Below are positions 16,213 through 26,829 of a stretch of 64,000 bases of DNA, in pieces. The position numbers and the translations under genes were made by a program. Every line of letters begins with the position of its first letter. The first letter of the stretch is position 1. The stretch comes from a virus (taxonomy: Duplodnaviria; Heunggongvirae; Uroviricota; Caudoviricetes): positions 301,064-365,063 of IMG/VR virus record IMGVR_UViG_3300031998_000001; one strand, given 5' to 3'. The notes under the pieces were generated by a model. It worked only from the letters and a program-made list of their open reading frames with translations, ran no database searches and was not told the origin of the DNA.

Positions 16213-18255
16213 ATGGCATACACTCCGTTATTAAAGAAACTCAACAGGCAGGGAAGCACATTCTACACATTCAGCAGTGCTGCGAAGGATTTGAGCAAGT
16301 GCTTGGGCAACAGTTCGGTGCTTGAGTTCAGGTTCTCGCACTTCGCCCTCCTCAACATACCTGACATAATAAACGCCTACTCCCCGACAACGGTCGTGGC
16401 ACAGCCGACGGGGAACAAGATGGACATCACCAGCGGGGAGAGGTTCAAGTGGTGGACTAACATAGAGCACAAGAAAAAGACGAGTTATATGCTCGCGACT
16501 ATGCTCCAGAACTATGTGTTCAACTTCGAGGAGTGCCTCATTTCAAGGAGCGTCCCGACGGACACGCACAGAAGCCTTGCCGAAAGGGTGTTCTGGCACT
16601 GGATGTACCACACTGGCGCAATCTCGTGGAGAGAGGCTGTGCAGGGAAGCGAAGTCGTGCCGACACGCACAAGGCGCATAGAGGGCAACGAGGGGACGGA
16701 AGCATACAGCAGGGTGGTGCAGTATCTCGGCAACATAGACATCACGAACAATGTTGACATAAACTCGGATGCCTACACCGAACTCTACATACACACCCCA
16801 GCGGAAGCGGGCTACACCCCGAAGATACTATGGCTCAACGACAACACTGGCGAGAACGACATATTCGCGAAGGACACGACCTATGAGTGCGAGAACCGCT
16901 CGACGATATTCGGTCAGGGGGAGGAGAACCCGAACTACACTTCGGACGAGGCTGACGACAACCCAGAGGAACTCTCGTACTGCGCGATATACGATGTCAA
17001 CGGCAACGGGCAGGACGACTGCTACATAACGGAGGACAGCGACAACGAGGGCGTGTGCATAGACTTCGACGCGGAGAGTTACTGGGACATTATGAACAAC
17101 GCGAGCGTCAACACTATGGACGAGTACAATGCAAGCGGAATGGCGGACACATTCGAGTTCAACGCGGTGCTCGTGTACTACGACATAATAGACAAGGGGG
17201 ACGGGAGCAGGACAAGCAACCTCTACGGGATTATGTTCCTCGACGATGTTATTTCGGTGAACGGGGGCGAGTATGTCCAGAGATACCCGAAGTACAAGCC
17301 GACGGAGGGGGCGGTCAACGGCAACTCATACGGCTTCAAGTTGAACCTGCGCATAGACATAGAGCCGAACAAGCAGGGGATAACAACACTCGTCAACGAG
17401 TACAACACATATTCGATGGGCTTGTTCGCGGATGCCATAATGCGCATTCAGGAATGCACGAACACATTTATGCACATTCGGGACGAGCACTATGAACTCG
17501 CAAGGAAATACAATGAACTTGAAACGATAATCAAGTCCATATACAGCGTGGACGCGCTCAAGAAGAGGGTGGACGAACTCGAACGGACGATGGAGGACGC
17601 TGGCATAGCACTCTCCGACACCAACGCCATACTCGACATCATATACAACAACGGAAGGCGGATAGACGAACTCGTGGAGGGGAAACTCCCGAACAGCCTC
17701 GCTCTCGGACTTGATGTGATAAAGTCTGGCTACGGCATAGACATAGACACTGGGGACAACAAGTCCGCCCGCATAGCGTTGAAGGGGATAGGCTGGCAGC
17801 AATGCCCCGTGACGCTCGTCAACGACCAGTCGTTCGGAGTGATAGGCAAGGACAACCCGATTTCACTCGGCAACACGGAGAGGGGCGACAACAGGATAGT
17901 CGGCATAATGGTTGACGGGAACAATATGGTCAGGATACACACGGATGCCGTGGCACTCTGCCAGCACGACATAGAGGTCTATATTGACGACAGCCTTTCG
18001 AGTTGGCACAACGGTCAGACGCTCCGAATAGTGTTCCCGACACTCCCGAAGGCGACGCTCAACACGCACAGGATAAAGATATACACCGACAAGGCTTGCA
18101 GGAGCGGACACCAGACGGACGGTATGGGCTACGGTTGCGAGTGCATAGTGGTATCTGGCGAACTCGTGAACGACAACCCGATTATAGACATAACCTGCAT
18201 AGACGAAAACTTCACACTCGGCAACGACTCAATCATAGCCGATGTAATAAGATAG
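16213..18255 (+). CDS. Putative virion structural protein
   Basis: 680 aa, acidic, late promoter upstream, jumbo-phage-like N-terminus. Confidence 0.6.
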   Translation: MAYTPLLKKLNRQGSTFYTFSSAAKDLSKCLGNSSVLEFRFSHFALLNIPDIINAYSPTTVVAQPTGNKMDITSGERFKWWTNIEHKKKTSYMLATMLQNYVFNFEECLISRSVPTDTHRSLAERVFWHWMYHTGAISWREAVQGSEVVPTRTRRIEGNEGTEAYSRVVQYLGNIDITNNVDINSDAYTELYIHTPAEAGYTPKILWLNDNTGENDIFAKDTTYECENRSTIFGQGEENPNYTSDEADDNPEELSYCAIYDVNGNGQDDCYITEDSDNEGVCIDFDAESYWDIMNNASVNTMDEYNASGMADTFEFNAVLVYYDIIDKGDGSRTSNLYGIMFLDDVISVNGGEYVQRYPKYKPTEGAVNGNSYGFKLNLRIDIEPNKQGITTLVNEYNTYSMGLFADAIMRIQECTNTFMHIRDEHYELARKYNELETIIKSIYSVDALKKRVDELERTMEDAGIALSDTNAILDIIYNNGRRIDELVEGKLPNSLALGLDVIKSGYGIDIDTGDNKSARIALKGIGWQQCPVTLVNDQSFGVIGKDNPISLGNTERGDNRIVGIMVDGNNMVRIHTDAVALCQHDIEVYIDDSLSSWHNGQTLRIVFPTLPKATLNTHRIKIYTDKACRSGHQTDGMGYGCECIVVSGELVNDNPIIDITCIDENFTLGNDSIIADVIR

Positions 18256-18259
18256 GACA

Positions 18260-18988
18260 ATGGCGAACATAGTTCACATAGGGATAGACTTCAGCATAAA
18301 CTCCCCAGCGGTGTGCATAGAGACCAACGGGAACAGCATCAGGTGGTTGAGCCTCTTCAACTGCGACGGAAAGCAGTGGCAGAGACCGAACCCGACAAAG
18401 GAGTTTATGTGGCACAACAGACTCATAGGCACAGTCAGACTTGCCCCGTACATAAGGTACAAGGCGGACAACAAGACCGACTACATAGAGGAGCAGCAGC
18501 AGAAGATAAAGGACGCATATGCCCTCGCAATGCACATTGTCGAGCAGATACGGCAGACGATACCCTGCGAGGACTACGAGATAGCGACAATCTCGCTCGA
18601 AGGCTTCGCATTCGGAAGCAAGGGCAACTCGTTCATAGACCTCATTATGTACAACTCGATACTTCGGGAAAAACTATTCCACGAGTTCGGGGGGAAGGTG
18701 ATATACATCATACCGCCAGCGCAAGCGAAGAAACTCGCATACAAGGGCAACGCCAACAAGGAGGATATGATTAGGGCTTTCGTGAACTCCGAAGATGCCC
18801 TGTTGAGAAGCACGGGGCTTTGGAAACTTCTGTCGAGGGAAACGATTGACGCGAACTCCGTGAAGCCAGTTGACGACCTTGTGGACAGTTACTGGATTAT
18901 GAAGAGCGGGAAACTCGAATGGCGGATACGCAACGGGCTTGAGGAGAGGGAAGTGCCGAAGAAGAAGGCGAGGTCGAGGAAGAAATAG
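18260..18988 (+). CDS. RuvC-like Holliday junction resolvase/nuclease
   Basis: IGIDFSINSPAVC, LEGFAFGS, KGNANKEDM and PVDDLVDSY motifs. Confidence 0.85.
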   Translation: MANIVHIGIDFSINSPAVCIETNGNSIRWLSLFNCDGKQWQRPNPTKEFMWHNRLIGTVRLAPYIRYKADNKTDYIEEQQQKIKDAYALAMHIVEQIRQTIPCEDYEIATISLEGFAFGSKGNSFIDLIMYNSILREKLFHEFGGKVIYIIPPAQAKKLAYKGNANKEDMIRAFVNSEDALLRSTGLWKLLSRETIDANSVKPVDDLVDSYWIMKSGKLEWRIRNGLEEREVPKKKARSRKK

Positions 18989-19035
18989 GCTCTCGGCTCG
19001 GCAACATATAAATAAGTTATATATAGGCGACAACT

Positions 19036-19659
19036 ATGATACACATCAAAAGATTAGACGAGATGATACAGTCCAGCACGCTGAACGAAGGTGCTGGCGC
19101 GGGATACACCGTAGCGATAGACAACATCAAGTGGAACGATGTAGTCAGCGTAAGAAGAAAGGACGACAGGTACTACGAGGTTGTTCTCAACATAGCGGAA
19201 TGCGACGAGTGCAACTGGTATGTCGAGGACTACTACCATTCGATAAACGCGGAGCAGTACATTGAACTCACTGGCAACTACGACTGCCGAAAGATAGACG
19301 GCGGGACAATCACCTGCACGGTTGACGCGGATACGGTCGCATTGAAAACACAGTGCGAAGAGCCAGTCAAGGACAGCGATGTGCGCTCGTATATGTTGAG
19401 CGACATAGAGAGCACACTGAACATCTCCTGTGCTTACGGAGGCGGATGGTCGCACTCGAATCTCGGCGAGGAGTTCACCCTCAAGGGAAGCCGATACACA
19501 ATCGAGAACGGAGAAAACCACATAACCAATATGGGCGCGTGGGAATATATGGGCGTTGATGTTTCCGCAGTAACGATAAGGAGCAAGACTATGGGTCCAG
19601 CCATCGACGACTACTTCGAGAACGACGACGACTACGACGAGCAACTCGCGGATATGTAA
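19036..19659 (+). CDS. MxHI-tag family protein (putative internal head protein)
   Basis: Starts MIHIKRLDEM; late promoter at 19007. Confidence 0.65.
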   Translation: MIHIKRLDEMIQSSTLNEGAGAGYTVAIDNIKWNDVVSVRRKDDRYYEVVLNIAECDECNWYVEDYYHSINAEQYIELTGNYDCRKIDGGTITCTVDADTVALKTQCEEPVKDSDVRSYMLSDIESTLNISCAYGGGWSHSNLGEEFTLKGSRYTIENGENHITNMGAWEYMGVDVSAVTIRSKTMGPAIDDYFENDDDYDEQLADM

Positions 19660-19687
19660 ATATTGTCAAACATTAAATTATACCGAA

Positions 19688-20026
19688 ATGAAAAAGATAA
19701 CCGATTTTCTTAACAAGTGGGGGTTCGTAATCGTAATCTGCCTTATGGTTCTCATATACGCGAAGTCCTGTTCGACTGGGAGAAGCGTTGACAAGTGCAA
19801 CAAGCGTATCGACAGTATGGAGAAAGCGATTGCGACCAACGATTCCGTATTCGGCGTGGCATTGGATGAAATCGACGGCAAGTGCATAGGGAGGGATGAT
19901 ATGATTTACCTTCTCCGCACGACCGAGAACACCAAGACGCTCATAACGGAGGAACTTGTGGACAAGAAGCAACTCTCGTTGCAAGACCTCTACAACGGCA
20001 TAACCGAACTTGAGAATAAAAGATAG
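19688..20026 (+). CDS. Membrane-anchored protein
   Basis: N-terminal TM helix followed by a coiled coil. Confidence 0.6.
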   Translation: MKKITDFLNKWGFVIVICLMVLIYAKSCSTGRSVDKCNKRIDSMEKAIATNDSVFGVALDEIDGKCIGRDDMIYLLRTTENTKTLITEELVDKKQLSLQDLYNGITELENKR

Positions 20027-20032
20027 GAAGCG

Positions 20033-20800
20033 ATGGCTACGAGGATAGAAGAACTTGCATCGAACGGAACTCTCTACTACCGTGGGGACGAGTGCCTTGA
20101 AATAGCACCGTTCGACAACTACTATATGTTCACGGTCTATAAGGAAAGCCCAGATGTCAACAAGGTTGACGAGAGCGTTCCCCTCGACCTCACGCACATA
20201 GGGTTCATCTATCTCCTCTTCCCAGACGGGGAGAACGAAATCCGCATACAGAACTACACCGAAGCCAAGAATGTGGATATGGTCAACGGTCAGGTGGTGT
20301 TCAGGATTGACAAGGCTACGGCGAAGAGGATACTCGCGACTTCGGGCAGGACATTCTACATCACTACGCAGATGACGGACGGAAAGACGGCGGGCGACGA
20401 GACAGTCCTCTACACTGGCAAGTTCGTGGACTTCGCGACTGGTATGTCAAACTCCCTCACGAGCACGGTGGCTACGCTCAAGGCGACGATTAACGACCTC
20501 AAGGTCAAAATCGAGGAGGATGCACTCACATACAGCGGGCAACTCGACATAGCCAACGAGAAGATAAAGTCCCTTGAAGCGACGATAGAGGCTAACGAAA
20601 AGACCATAAGGGAACTTCAGGACACGATAGACGCATACGACAGCGATGTGGTTGACTACATAAAGGCGAACATACTCACGACCGAGTACACCAACAAGGA
20701 TGCGACAAAATTCCCAGCAACAAAAAGGGAATCCCAGTCAACCTCAACAACAACTTCATCGAGGGAAAGGGAGACGGAGGACTTCAAGGTAACAAGATAG
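20033..20800 (+). CDS. Hypothetical protein with a C-terminal coiled coil
   Basis: 255-aa ORF in operon. Confidence 0.7.
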   Translation: MATRIEELASNGTLYYRGDECLEIAPFDNYYMFTVYKESPDVNKVDESVPLDLTHIGFIYLLFPDGENEIRIQNYTEAKNVDMVNGQVVFRIDKATAKRILATSGRTFYITTQMTDGKTAGDETVLYTGKFVDFATGMSNSLTSTVATLKATINDLKVKIEEDALTYSGQLDIANEKIKSLEATIEANEKTIRELQDTIDAYDSDVVDYIKANILTTEYTNKDATKFPATKRESQSTSTTTSSRERETEDFKVTR

Positions 20801-20804
20801 CGGT

Positions 20805-20969
20805 ATGGGTTGCAACTGCGGAAAGTCAAGGAAGGTCAGCCAGCAGGCTGAAAAGGCTCTCGGCTCGGAAGCCGAAGGTAAGCGGGAGCGCACCCAGAAC
20901 ACAAAGTCAAGCAACAACAGGATGTCCAAACTCGCTATGCTCAAAAAGATATGGGAAGAAAGCAAGTAG
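20805..20969 (+). CDS. Small basic protein (MGCNCGK..., 54 aa)
   Basis: ORF below the track cutoff; fills the gap in the operon. Confidence 0.55.
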   Translation: MGCNCGKSRKVSQQAEKALGSEAEGKRERTQNTKSSNNRMSKLAMLKKIWEESK

Positions 20970-21049
20970 CCCAAGCCCGACACCGAACATTTTTCTGAAA
21001 TCCTTATCTGTTCACTATATATTAGTAGTGGAAAGGAAAGACACAACTG

Positions 21050-22969
21050 ATGGAAATGGAAGCAAAACAGCAGCAGCAGAACCGAACCCCGATATACACG
21101 AACGGCGGTGCGGAGAAGCCAGTTGAAACATTATCGCCAAAACGGATAAAGTTCCGAGACGAAGAGACACGCAAGGCGATGGAACTTCTGTCGCAGGACT
21201 ATACTGGCGTGCTCATACTCGGAGAAGGCGGTGTCGGAAAGACGGCACTTGTCGGGAACATCGCATACGCGCTCACTCTCCCGCAGGCTGGAAGCCTGTA
21301 CGGGAAGAAGGTTACAAGGGTGAAACTCGACGAGATATACAGGTTCATAAACACCCCGTTCGATGTTGACAACAGGCTCTGCGCGGTAATGAACGACATA
21401 ATGGCGGAAGGCTCGGTAGCCTTCATAGACGACATAGACTCATACACGAAGGAGAACAACCTCGACCTGCTCGTGGTCAACAACTTCGTGAAGGCTGGCG
21501 CAAAGGTGATACTCTGCGCGAACACGACATTCAAGGGGAAGTCGTACCTGAAGAACTTCGGCGAGGTGGCGATTGCCGAACTCACGGACGAGCAGACGAT
21601 GGAACTGCTCGGTGACGCGACCGAGAAGGCAGACCACCTGTTCGGCTTCGAGAAGAATGTAATCAGGAAACTCGTGGAGAGCGCAAGCAAGTACAAGTGG
21701 AAACTCAACAAGCGCACGCTCCACCAGCCCGGTTCGGCTTTCTCCCTCTACAACGCTGTAGTGGCTCACGAGAAATACGACTATGCCCTCAAGCATTTCC
21801 AAGTCCACACACAGAACTGGGTTGACACTATGGAGGAAGGCGGGGACGAGATAGACTTCAACAAACTCCTCCTCAACAAGACCAACTACAACAACGAGAT
21901 GCTCTCGAAGCATACGAGGGCTACATACGACACGACAAGGAAGAATGTCGAGGTTGACAGCATATACGAAGTCCTGCACGAGTTCACGGGCGTTAACATA
22001 AACGCGCTCAAGAGCGACAGCGTGGCGATGCTCCGCTCGCTCGGAGACGCATTGAAGTCGCAGGTGTTCGGTCAGGACGAGGTGATTGACAAACTCACGA
22101 AGAGCATAAAGCGCAACAGGCTCGGCGTGGCGAAGAAGAAGGGGGCTATGTGCAACTATATGTTCATCGGCTCTACTGGGACTGGCAAGACATTCCTCGC
22201 GAAGAAACTCGCGAAGGAACTGTACGGAAGCGAGGACAACCTGCTCCGATACGATATGAGCGAGTACAGCGACGAGATAAGCGTGAACAAACTCATCGGT
22301 GCGCCTCCGGGCTATGTCGGATACACCGAAGGCGGTATGCTCGTGAAAGACCTCGAAGCGCACCCGCAGTGCGTAATACTGTTCGACGAGGTGGAGAAGG
22401 CTCACCCAGCGATATACAACCTCCTGCTCCAACTGCTTGACGAAGGCTACATAACGGACAACACCCAGCGCAAGGCGAGCGTCAAGGACTGCGTGATAAT
22501 ACTCACATCGAACATCGGTGTCAAGTCCGCGCTCGACTACAAGTCGGTTGGCTACGGAAGCGAGGAGAAGAAGAAGCAGCAGTCGGACGATGCGCAGAAG
22601 GCAATCATAGAGAACCAACTCCACAAGCGTTTCGCGCCAGAGTTCCTCAACCGCCTCGACGGTATATGCTACTTCGAGAACTTGGGCGACGCGGAGTTCA
22701 ACCGAATATACGACCGCGAACTCAAGGCTGGCACGGAGGAGATAGCCGAACTCGGCTATACGCTCAAGACCGACAGGAAGGTTCGCGCCCTCATCGTCGA
22801 TGAGGCGAAGAAGGAAAATCTCGGTGCGAGGGCGTTGCTCCGAGTAATCCAGCAGAAACTCCTCGATGTCGTCACCAACATTATGATTGACAACGAGGGC
22901 GACAAGAGGGTGATACAGGCGACAGTCAACAAGGACAACGAAATAACCGTAAAACTTGCCAGCAAATGA
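21050..22969 (+). CDS. ClpA/ClpB-like AAA+ ATPase lacking the N-domain
   Basis: GEGGVGKT, VFGQDE, GSTGTGKT, DMSEY, KLIGAPPGYVGY, LFDEVEKAH, FAPEFLNRLD and GARAL motifs. Confidence 0.92.
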   Translation: MEMEAKQQQQNRTPIYTNGGAEKPVETLSPKRIKFRDEETRKAMELLSQDYTGVLILGEGGVGKTALVGNIAYALTLPQAGSLYGKKVTRVKLDEIYRFINTPFDVDNRLCAVMNDIMAEGSVAFIDDIDSYTKENNLDLLVVNNFVKAGAKVILCANTTFKGKSYLKNFGEVAIAELTDEQTMELLGDATEKADHLFGFEKNVIRKLVESASKYKWKLNKRTLHQPGSAFSLYNAVVAHEKYDYALKHFQVHTQNWVDTMEEGGDEIDFNKLLLNKTNYNNEMLSKHTRATYDTTRKNVEVDSIYEVLHEFTGVNINALKSDSVAMLRSLGDALKSQVFGQDEVIDKLTKSIKRNRLGVAKKKGAMCNYMFIGSTGTGKTFLAKKLAKELYGSEDNLLRYDMSEYSDEISVNKLIGAPPGYVGYTEGGMLVKDLEAHPQCVILFDEVEKAHPAIYNLLLQLLDEGYITDNTQRKASVKDCVIILTSNIGVKSALDYKSVGYGSEEKKKQQSDDAQKAIIENQLHKRFAPEFLNRLDGICYFENLGDAEFNRIYDRELKAGTEEIAELGYTLKTDRKVRALIVDEAKKENLGARALLRVIQQKLLDVVTNIMIDNEGDKRVIQATVNKDNEITVKLASK

Positions 22970-23232
22970 GAGTTTACATAAAGAACGAAACATTGCACCC
23001 CAGAAACGAAAAGTGCCTCAAAAGGCTTCTAAACAGCAAATACAAGGGGTATGAGTTTTCAACGGGGCTTCACAGCATAACGCTCGAACGGGTGGACGAA
23101 CTCAACGCGCTCGTCCGCGACATAATAGGGGAGTTCGGTCAGACAAGCATATATCCGTTCATAACCCCGTTCAACGACACTATGTGCATTTCGTTTCGGG
23201 AGATGGACATCGACACAAGGCGGTTCAAGTGA
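22966..23232 (+). CDS. Hypothetical protein
   Basis: ATGA overlap with the Clp gene. Confidence 0.6.
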   Translation: MRVYIKNETLHPRNEKCLKRLLNSKYKGYEFSTGLHSITLERVDELNALVRDIIGEFGQTSIYPFITPFNDTMCISFREMDIDTRRFK

Positions 23233-23431
23233 TATGGAAAGGAAGGATTGCAGACATCTCGGAAAACTCGCGGGGACTGGTACGGAAATGTGCCTTGCCG
23301 ACGATGATGTGTCGTTCCCGAAGTGCTCGGACAAGTGCCCGCACTATGAAAAGGCGGTTTCCGAAAGAAAAAACTGAAATCGCAATAGATAAACTATATA
23401 TTAGGAATCGAAAGGAAAAGGTTTTTGGATT

Positions 23432-24760
23432 ATGAACTTTGCATACGGCATACAGCCAAGCCTCCACCAGCCCGAAAGGAAGTTTGTCGGGAAGGCGGAC
23501 ACGGACGAATGGGAGATAATGACGGACAACGGGTGGAAGGATGTCAAGACGGTAGGCAAGACAGTCCCGTACGAAGTATGGGAGGTCTGGACTGACGGGA
23601 ACAAGTTGCTCCGCTGTGCCGACACCCACATAGTGTACGACGAAGAATGGGACGAGATATATGTCTGCAACCTCAACTCCCAGTCGAGACCAGATATGGT
23701 GCAGACGGCTGACGGGGAGGAGATGGTCGAGGTCGCGTTCAACACGCGGGAGAGGGAGAATATGTACGACATAGAGGTTGACGATGTTGACCACAGGTAT
23801 TACGCCAACGGCTTCGTCTCCCACAACAGCATATTCCTGTGCAACGATGCCACGACATTCTGCCGTATGGGGAAGAATGTCATCTACATCACCTGCGAGA
23901 TGAGCGACCGAAAAATCATAAAGCGTATCGGCGCGAATATGCTCGACATAGAACTGAAGGACTACAACCGCATCGCGTCCGACCAGCGTCTTATGTTCGA
24001 CAGGATACAGGCGTTTCGGAGCAAGCAGTTGACACCTCTCGGAAGGCTGTTCGTCAAGGAGTACCCGACAGGCTCGGCTACGGTGATAGATGTTGAGAAC
24101 TATATGAAGAAGATACAGGAGAAGCACGGGATAAAGATAGATGTCCTCGTAATCGACTATATCAACATTATGAGGAACTACCGATGTTCCGATGCCTCCA
24201 ACACATACATATACATCAAGACGCTCGCGGAGGACTTGCGCGGACTTGCGGTCAAGTATGAGATACTTGTGATAACCGCAACGCAGATTAACCGAAGCGG
24301 GTTCGACACTTCGGACATAACGGTGGCGAATATGAGCGAAAGTACGGGCTTGCTCAACACGGCAGACCAAGGCTACGGCATCATTCAGGACGCGACAATG
24401 AGGGCGGACAAGTTATACAACCTCAAGATACTCAAAATCAGGGACGGCTACGGGAAGAACCACAAGATGGTGCTCTCGATAGACTACAAGAAGATGAGGC
24501 TCGTCGAGGAAGGCACCGTATATGACGAAAACGGCGATACGGTTATGGACACGAGAGGCTCGACAAGGGAAACCGCATCGGCTACGAGGAGTTTCAACCC
24601 AGCGACAGACGGGGGCAAGACCATAGCGGAACGCTTCAACCCAAGCGACAACGGATTCGGTCTGCCGAGCGGTTCTGGCGCAGGCTCGAAGAAGCAGGAC
24701 ATTGTTACCGAAGCACCGAAGGTATCGGAGAATGTAGATATAAACAACTTGGACTTTTAG
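23432..24760 (+). CDS. C-terminal half of a gp41/DnaB replicative helicase fused to a split-intein C-fragment (aa 1-132)
   Basis: Intein blocks B (CADTH), F (MYDIEV) and G (YYANGFVSHN/S); then YITCEMS, VKEYPT, IDYINIM, TATQINRSG and SES. Confidence 0.9.
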   Translation: MNFAYGIQPSLHQPERKFVGKADTDEWEIMTDNGWKDVKTVGKTVPYEVWEVWTDGNKLLRCADTHIVYDEEWDEIYVCNLNSQSRPDMVQTADGEEMVEVAFNTRERENMYDIEVDDVDHRYYANGFVSHNSIFLCNDATTFCRMGKNVIYITCEMSDRKIIKRIGANMLDIELKDYNRIASDQRLMFDRIQAFRSKQLTPLGRLFVKEYPTGSATVIDVENYMKKIQEKHGIKIDVLVIDYINIMRNYRCSDASNTYIYIKTLAEDLRGLAVKYEILVITATQINRSGFDTSDITVANMSESTGLLNTADQGYGIIQDATMRADKLYNLKILKIRDGYGKNHKMVLSIDYKKMRLVEEGTVYDENGDTVMDTRGSTRETASATRSFNPATDGGKTIAERFNPSDNGFGLPSGSGAGSKKQDIVTEAPKVSENVDINNLDF

Positions 24761-24763
24761 GCT

Positions 24764-25135
24764 ATGGAAAGAAAGCGGGAAGGACTATGGACAAGGAAGG
24801 GAGTGCCGTTCCATACTTGGTACACGCTCAACCGCAACCCGCACGACCTCTGCCCCCCGCCTATGTCGGAGGCGGACTTCGAGAAGTTCCTGCTACGCTA
24901 TCTCGAAAAGGACTTCCTCACGACACTATCCCTGTCCGATGCGCAGACGCGGACGGAACTCCTGTGGACGATACTGTACCACTACTCGCCAGAGTTCAGG
25001 GAGGAATGGGAGGACACCAGAAGGAGAAGAAGGCAGGTCAACAAGCCGAAATGGGAAAGGAAGTTAAACATATTCACATATAAACTAAAAAGGAAAGCAA
25101 ATGGAGCATTCAAGAAATTTCAAGGAAAGGAATGA
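24764..25135 (+). CDS. Hypothetical protein
   Basis: ORF in operon. Confidence 0.6.
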   Translation: MERKREGLWTRKGVPFHTWYTLNRNPHDLCPPPMSEADFEKFLLRYLEKDFLTTLSLSDAQTRTELLWTILYHYSPEFREEWEDTRRRRRQVNKPKWERKLNIFTYKLKRKANGAFKKFQGKE

Positions 25136-25364
25136 TGTCCGCGTAGTATCAATAGAAAGGGCGGGAAGCGGATACCCGCTCGGTGACTGGCTCTATGATG
25201 TCGTGGTCGATGCCTACGGGGAAATAGAGGAACACAACGGAGTGGTGGCGAACAGGGACTTCAGGAGTTTCAAGGACTCGCTCATAAGGAGGATGAACAG
25301 GCTGAACATAGACAACGAGGCGGAAACGGAGGAAATGTTCAGGGAAGCCAACTATATGGGATAG
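25101..25364 (+). CDS. Hypothetical protein
   Basis: ORF in operon. Confidence 0.55.
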   Translation: MEHSRNFKERNDVRVVSIERAGSGYPLGDWLYDVVVDAYGEIEEHNGVVANRDFRSFKDSLIRRMNRLNIDNEAETEEMFREANYMG

Positions 25365-25411
25365 CACTCTCCGTATAAATAAGATGTTAGTAACTTTTAA
25401 ATCTAATTGAT

Positions 25412-25633
25412 ATGAACCTGAAAGATGCAATAAGCGTAGTGGAACAGGCACTCGAAATCGCACGCAAGGCTGGGGTATATACATTCGCGGACAGCGCGAT
25501 GATATATTCGGCACTCGGCACTCTCTCACAACTCAAGGAAGCGCAGGCGCAGGCGGAGGCGGGAAAGTCGGAACAGCCGAAACCAGAAGAGCCGAAGGGC
25601 GAGGAAGCACCGAAGAAAAGGAACGAAAAATAG
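25412..25633 (+). CDS. Small hypothetical protein
   Basis: TATAAATA upstream and terminator downstream. Confidence 0.6.
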   Translation: MNLKDAISVVEQALEIARKAGVYTFADSAMIYSALGTLSQLKEAQAQAEAGKSEQPKPEEPKGEEAPKKRNEK

Positions 25634-25742
25634 TCGGGTGCGTGCCAGATGACAAAAAAAGGCGGGCAAGACTCGCCTTTTTGCACATATAATCTGAAAT
25701 AAAATATTTTTTCCTATATATTGGTTATAAATAACATCTACA

Positions 25743-26327
25743 ATGGAAAAGCAAAAACTTATATTCAGGCTGCACATCCCGTTCTGGAACGAGGACGACC
25801 ATCCGTTCACGATAATCGGAAAGGACGCGGAAGAAACTCTCCCCTTTGTAACTGGCTATGTTGACGGTTCACAGGAGATAATATGGAACATAGACATCGA
25901 GACTGGCAAGGTCTTGGAATGGAACGGCAACGCCGTCTATGTGTTCGACAAACTCCGCGACAACGGGACATACGAACTCGTGATAGGCGATGATGTCGTA
26001 AGGACGCTTATGAACTATGTGCCAGACTTCTGCTGTATCGGCGAGAACGGCTATGGCGACTACATAAAACTCGATGTCGATGCCGACGGTTGCATACGCG
26101 GATGGAACAACAAGTTGAAGGACGAGTGCCTTACATTCTTCAACGCCATAACCCTCGATACGCTTGCAAGGGCTGGCGGGCTTGACGGGTGGTACGCGAT
26201 GAACTACGACCCGCACGAGGAAGGCAGGCAGTTGATAAGACCGAACCTGTTGCTCATATCGGATGACGGACAGTACAAGTGCTTGGGCGATGTAGTTGAA
26301 AACTTCTTGAAGGGGGGACGGAAATGA
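25743..26327 (+). CDS. Hypothetical phage protein
   Basis: Downstream of the CTGAAA promoter at 25694. Confidence 0.7.
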   Translation: MEKQKLIFRLHIPFWNEDDHPFTIIGKDAEETLPFVTGYVDGSQEIIWNIDIETGKVLEWNGNAVYVFDKLRDNGTYELVIGDDVVRTLMNYVPDFCCIGENGYGDYIKLDVDADGCIRGWNNKLKDECLTFFNAITLDTLARAGGLDGWYAMNYDPHEEGRQLIRPNLLLISDDGQYKCLGDVVENFLKGGRK

Positions 26328-26773
26328 TTATCTGCGGTTATCAGGGAATAGGCAAGTCAACCGTTGCGGGGCAACTATATACGATTGACCTCGAAAGCAG
26401 CAACTTCTACATTGACGGGGAGAGGGACGAGAACTGGTACAAGGTCTATGCGAACTTTGCACGGCACTTGTCCGAGCAGGGCTACATTGTGTTCACGGCA
26501 AGCCACAAGTTGTTCCGCGAATATATGAACTTACAGGGCATAGAGTTCGTGACCGTATCTCCCGCGCTCGAACTGAAGGACGAGTGGGTGGAGAAGTTGA
26601 ACCAGCGTTACCTTGCCGACAGGACGGAGAAGAACTATCGGGCGTATATGAACGCGAAGATAAGTTACGAGGACAATATAAGGGACTTGCAGTCGGAAAA
26701 GAACGCCTACATCATAAATAGTATGGACTATAAGATGTACGATGTCATTCGTGAAATCAGCGAAAGGTTTTAA
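26324..26773 (+). CDS. P-loop NTPase/kinase-like protein
   Basis: IICGYQGIGKST...IDLESS. Confidence 0.75.
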   Translation: MIICGYQGIGKSTVAGQLYTIDLESSNFYIDGERDENWYKVYANFARHLSEQGYIVFTASHKLFREYMNLQGIEFVTVSPALELKDEWVEKLNQRYLADRTEKNYRAYMNAKISYEDNIRDLQSEKNAYIINSMDYKMYDVIREISERF

Positions 26774-26829
26774 CTTATGTTTGTCGGAATAGCCATATTG
26801 TGCGCTGAAGATATTAAAATTGAATAGGA

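Noticed and set aside
18260-18988. RuvC-fold gene as a second Cas effector
   Set aside because: It is 242 aa with resolvase-type motifs and has no REC/WED region or adjacent array
23234-23377. 47-aa ORF (LAGTGTEMCLADD) as the missing helicase N-extein/IntN
   Set aside because: It has no GK before the Cys and is far too short; it looks like a small Cys-rich protein
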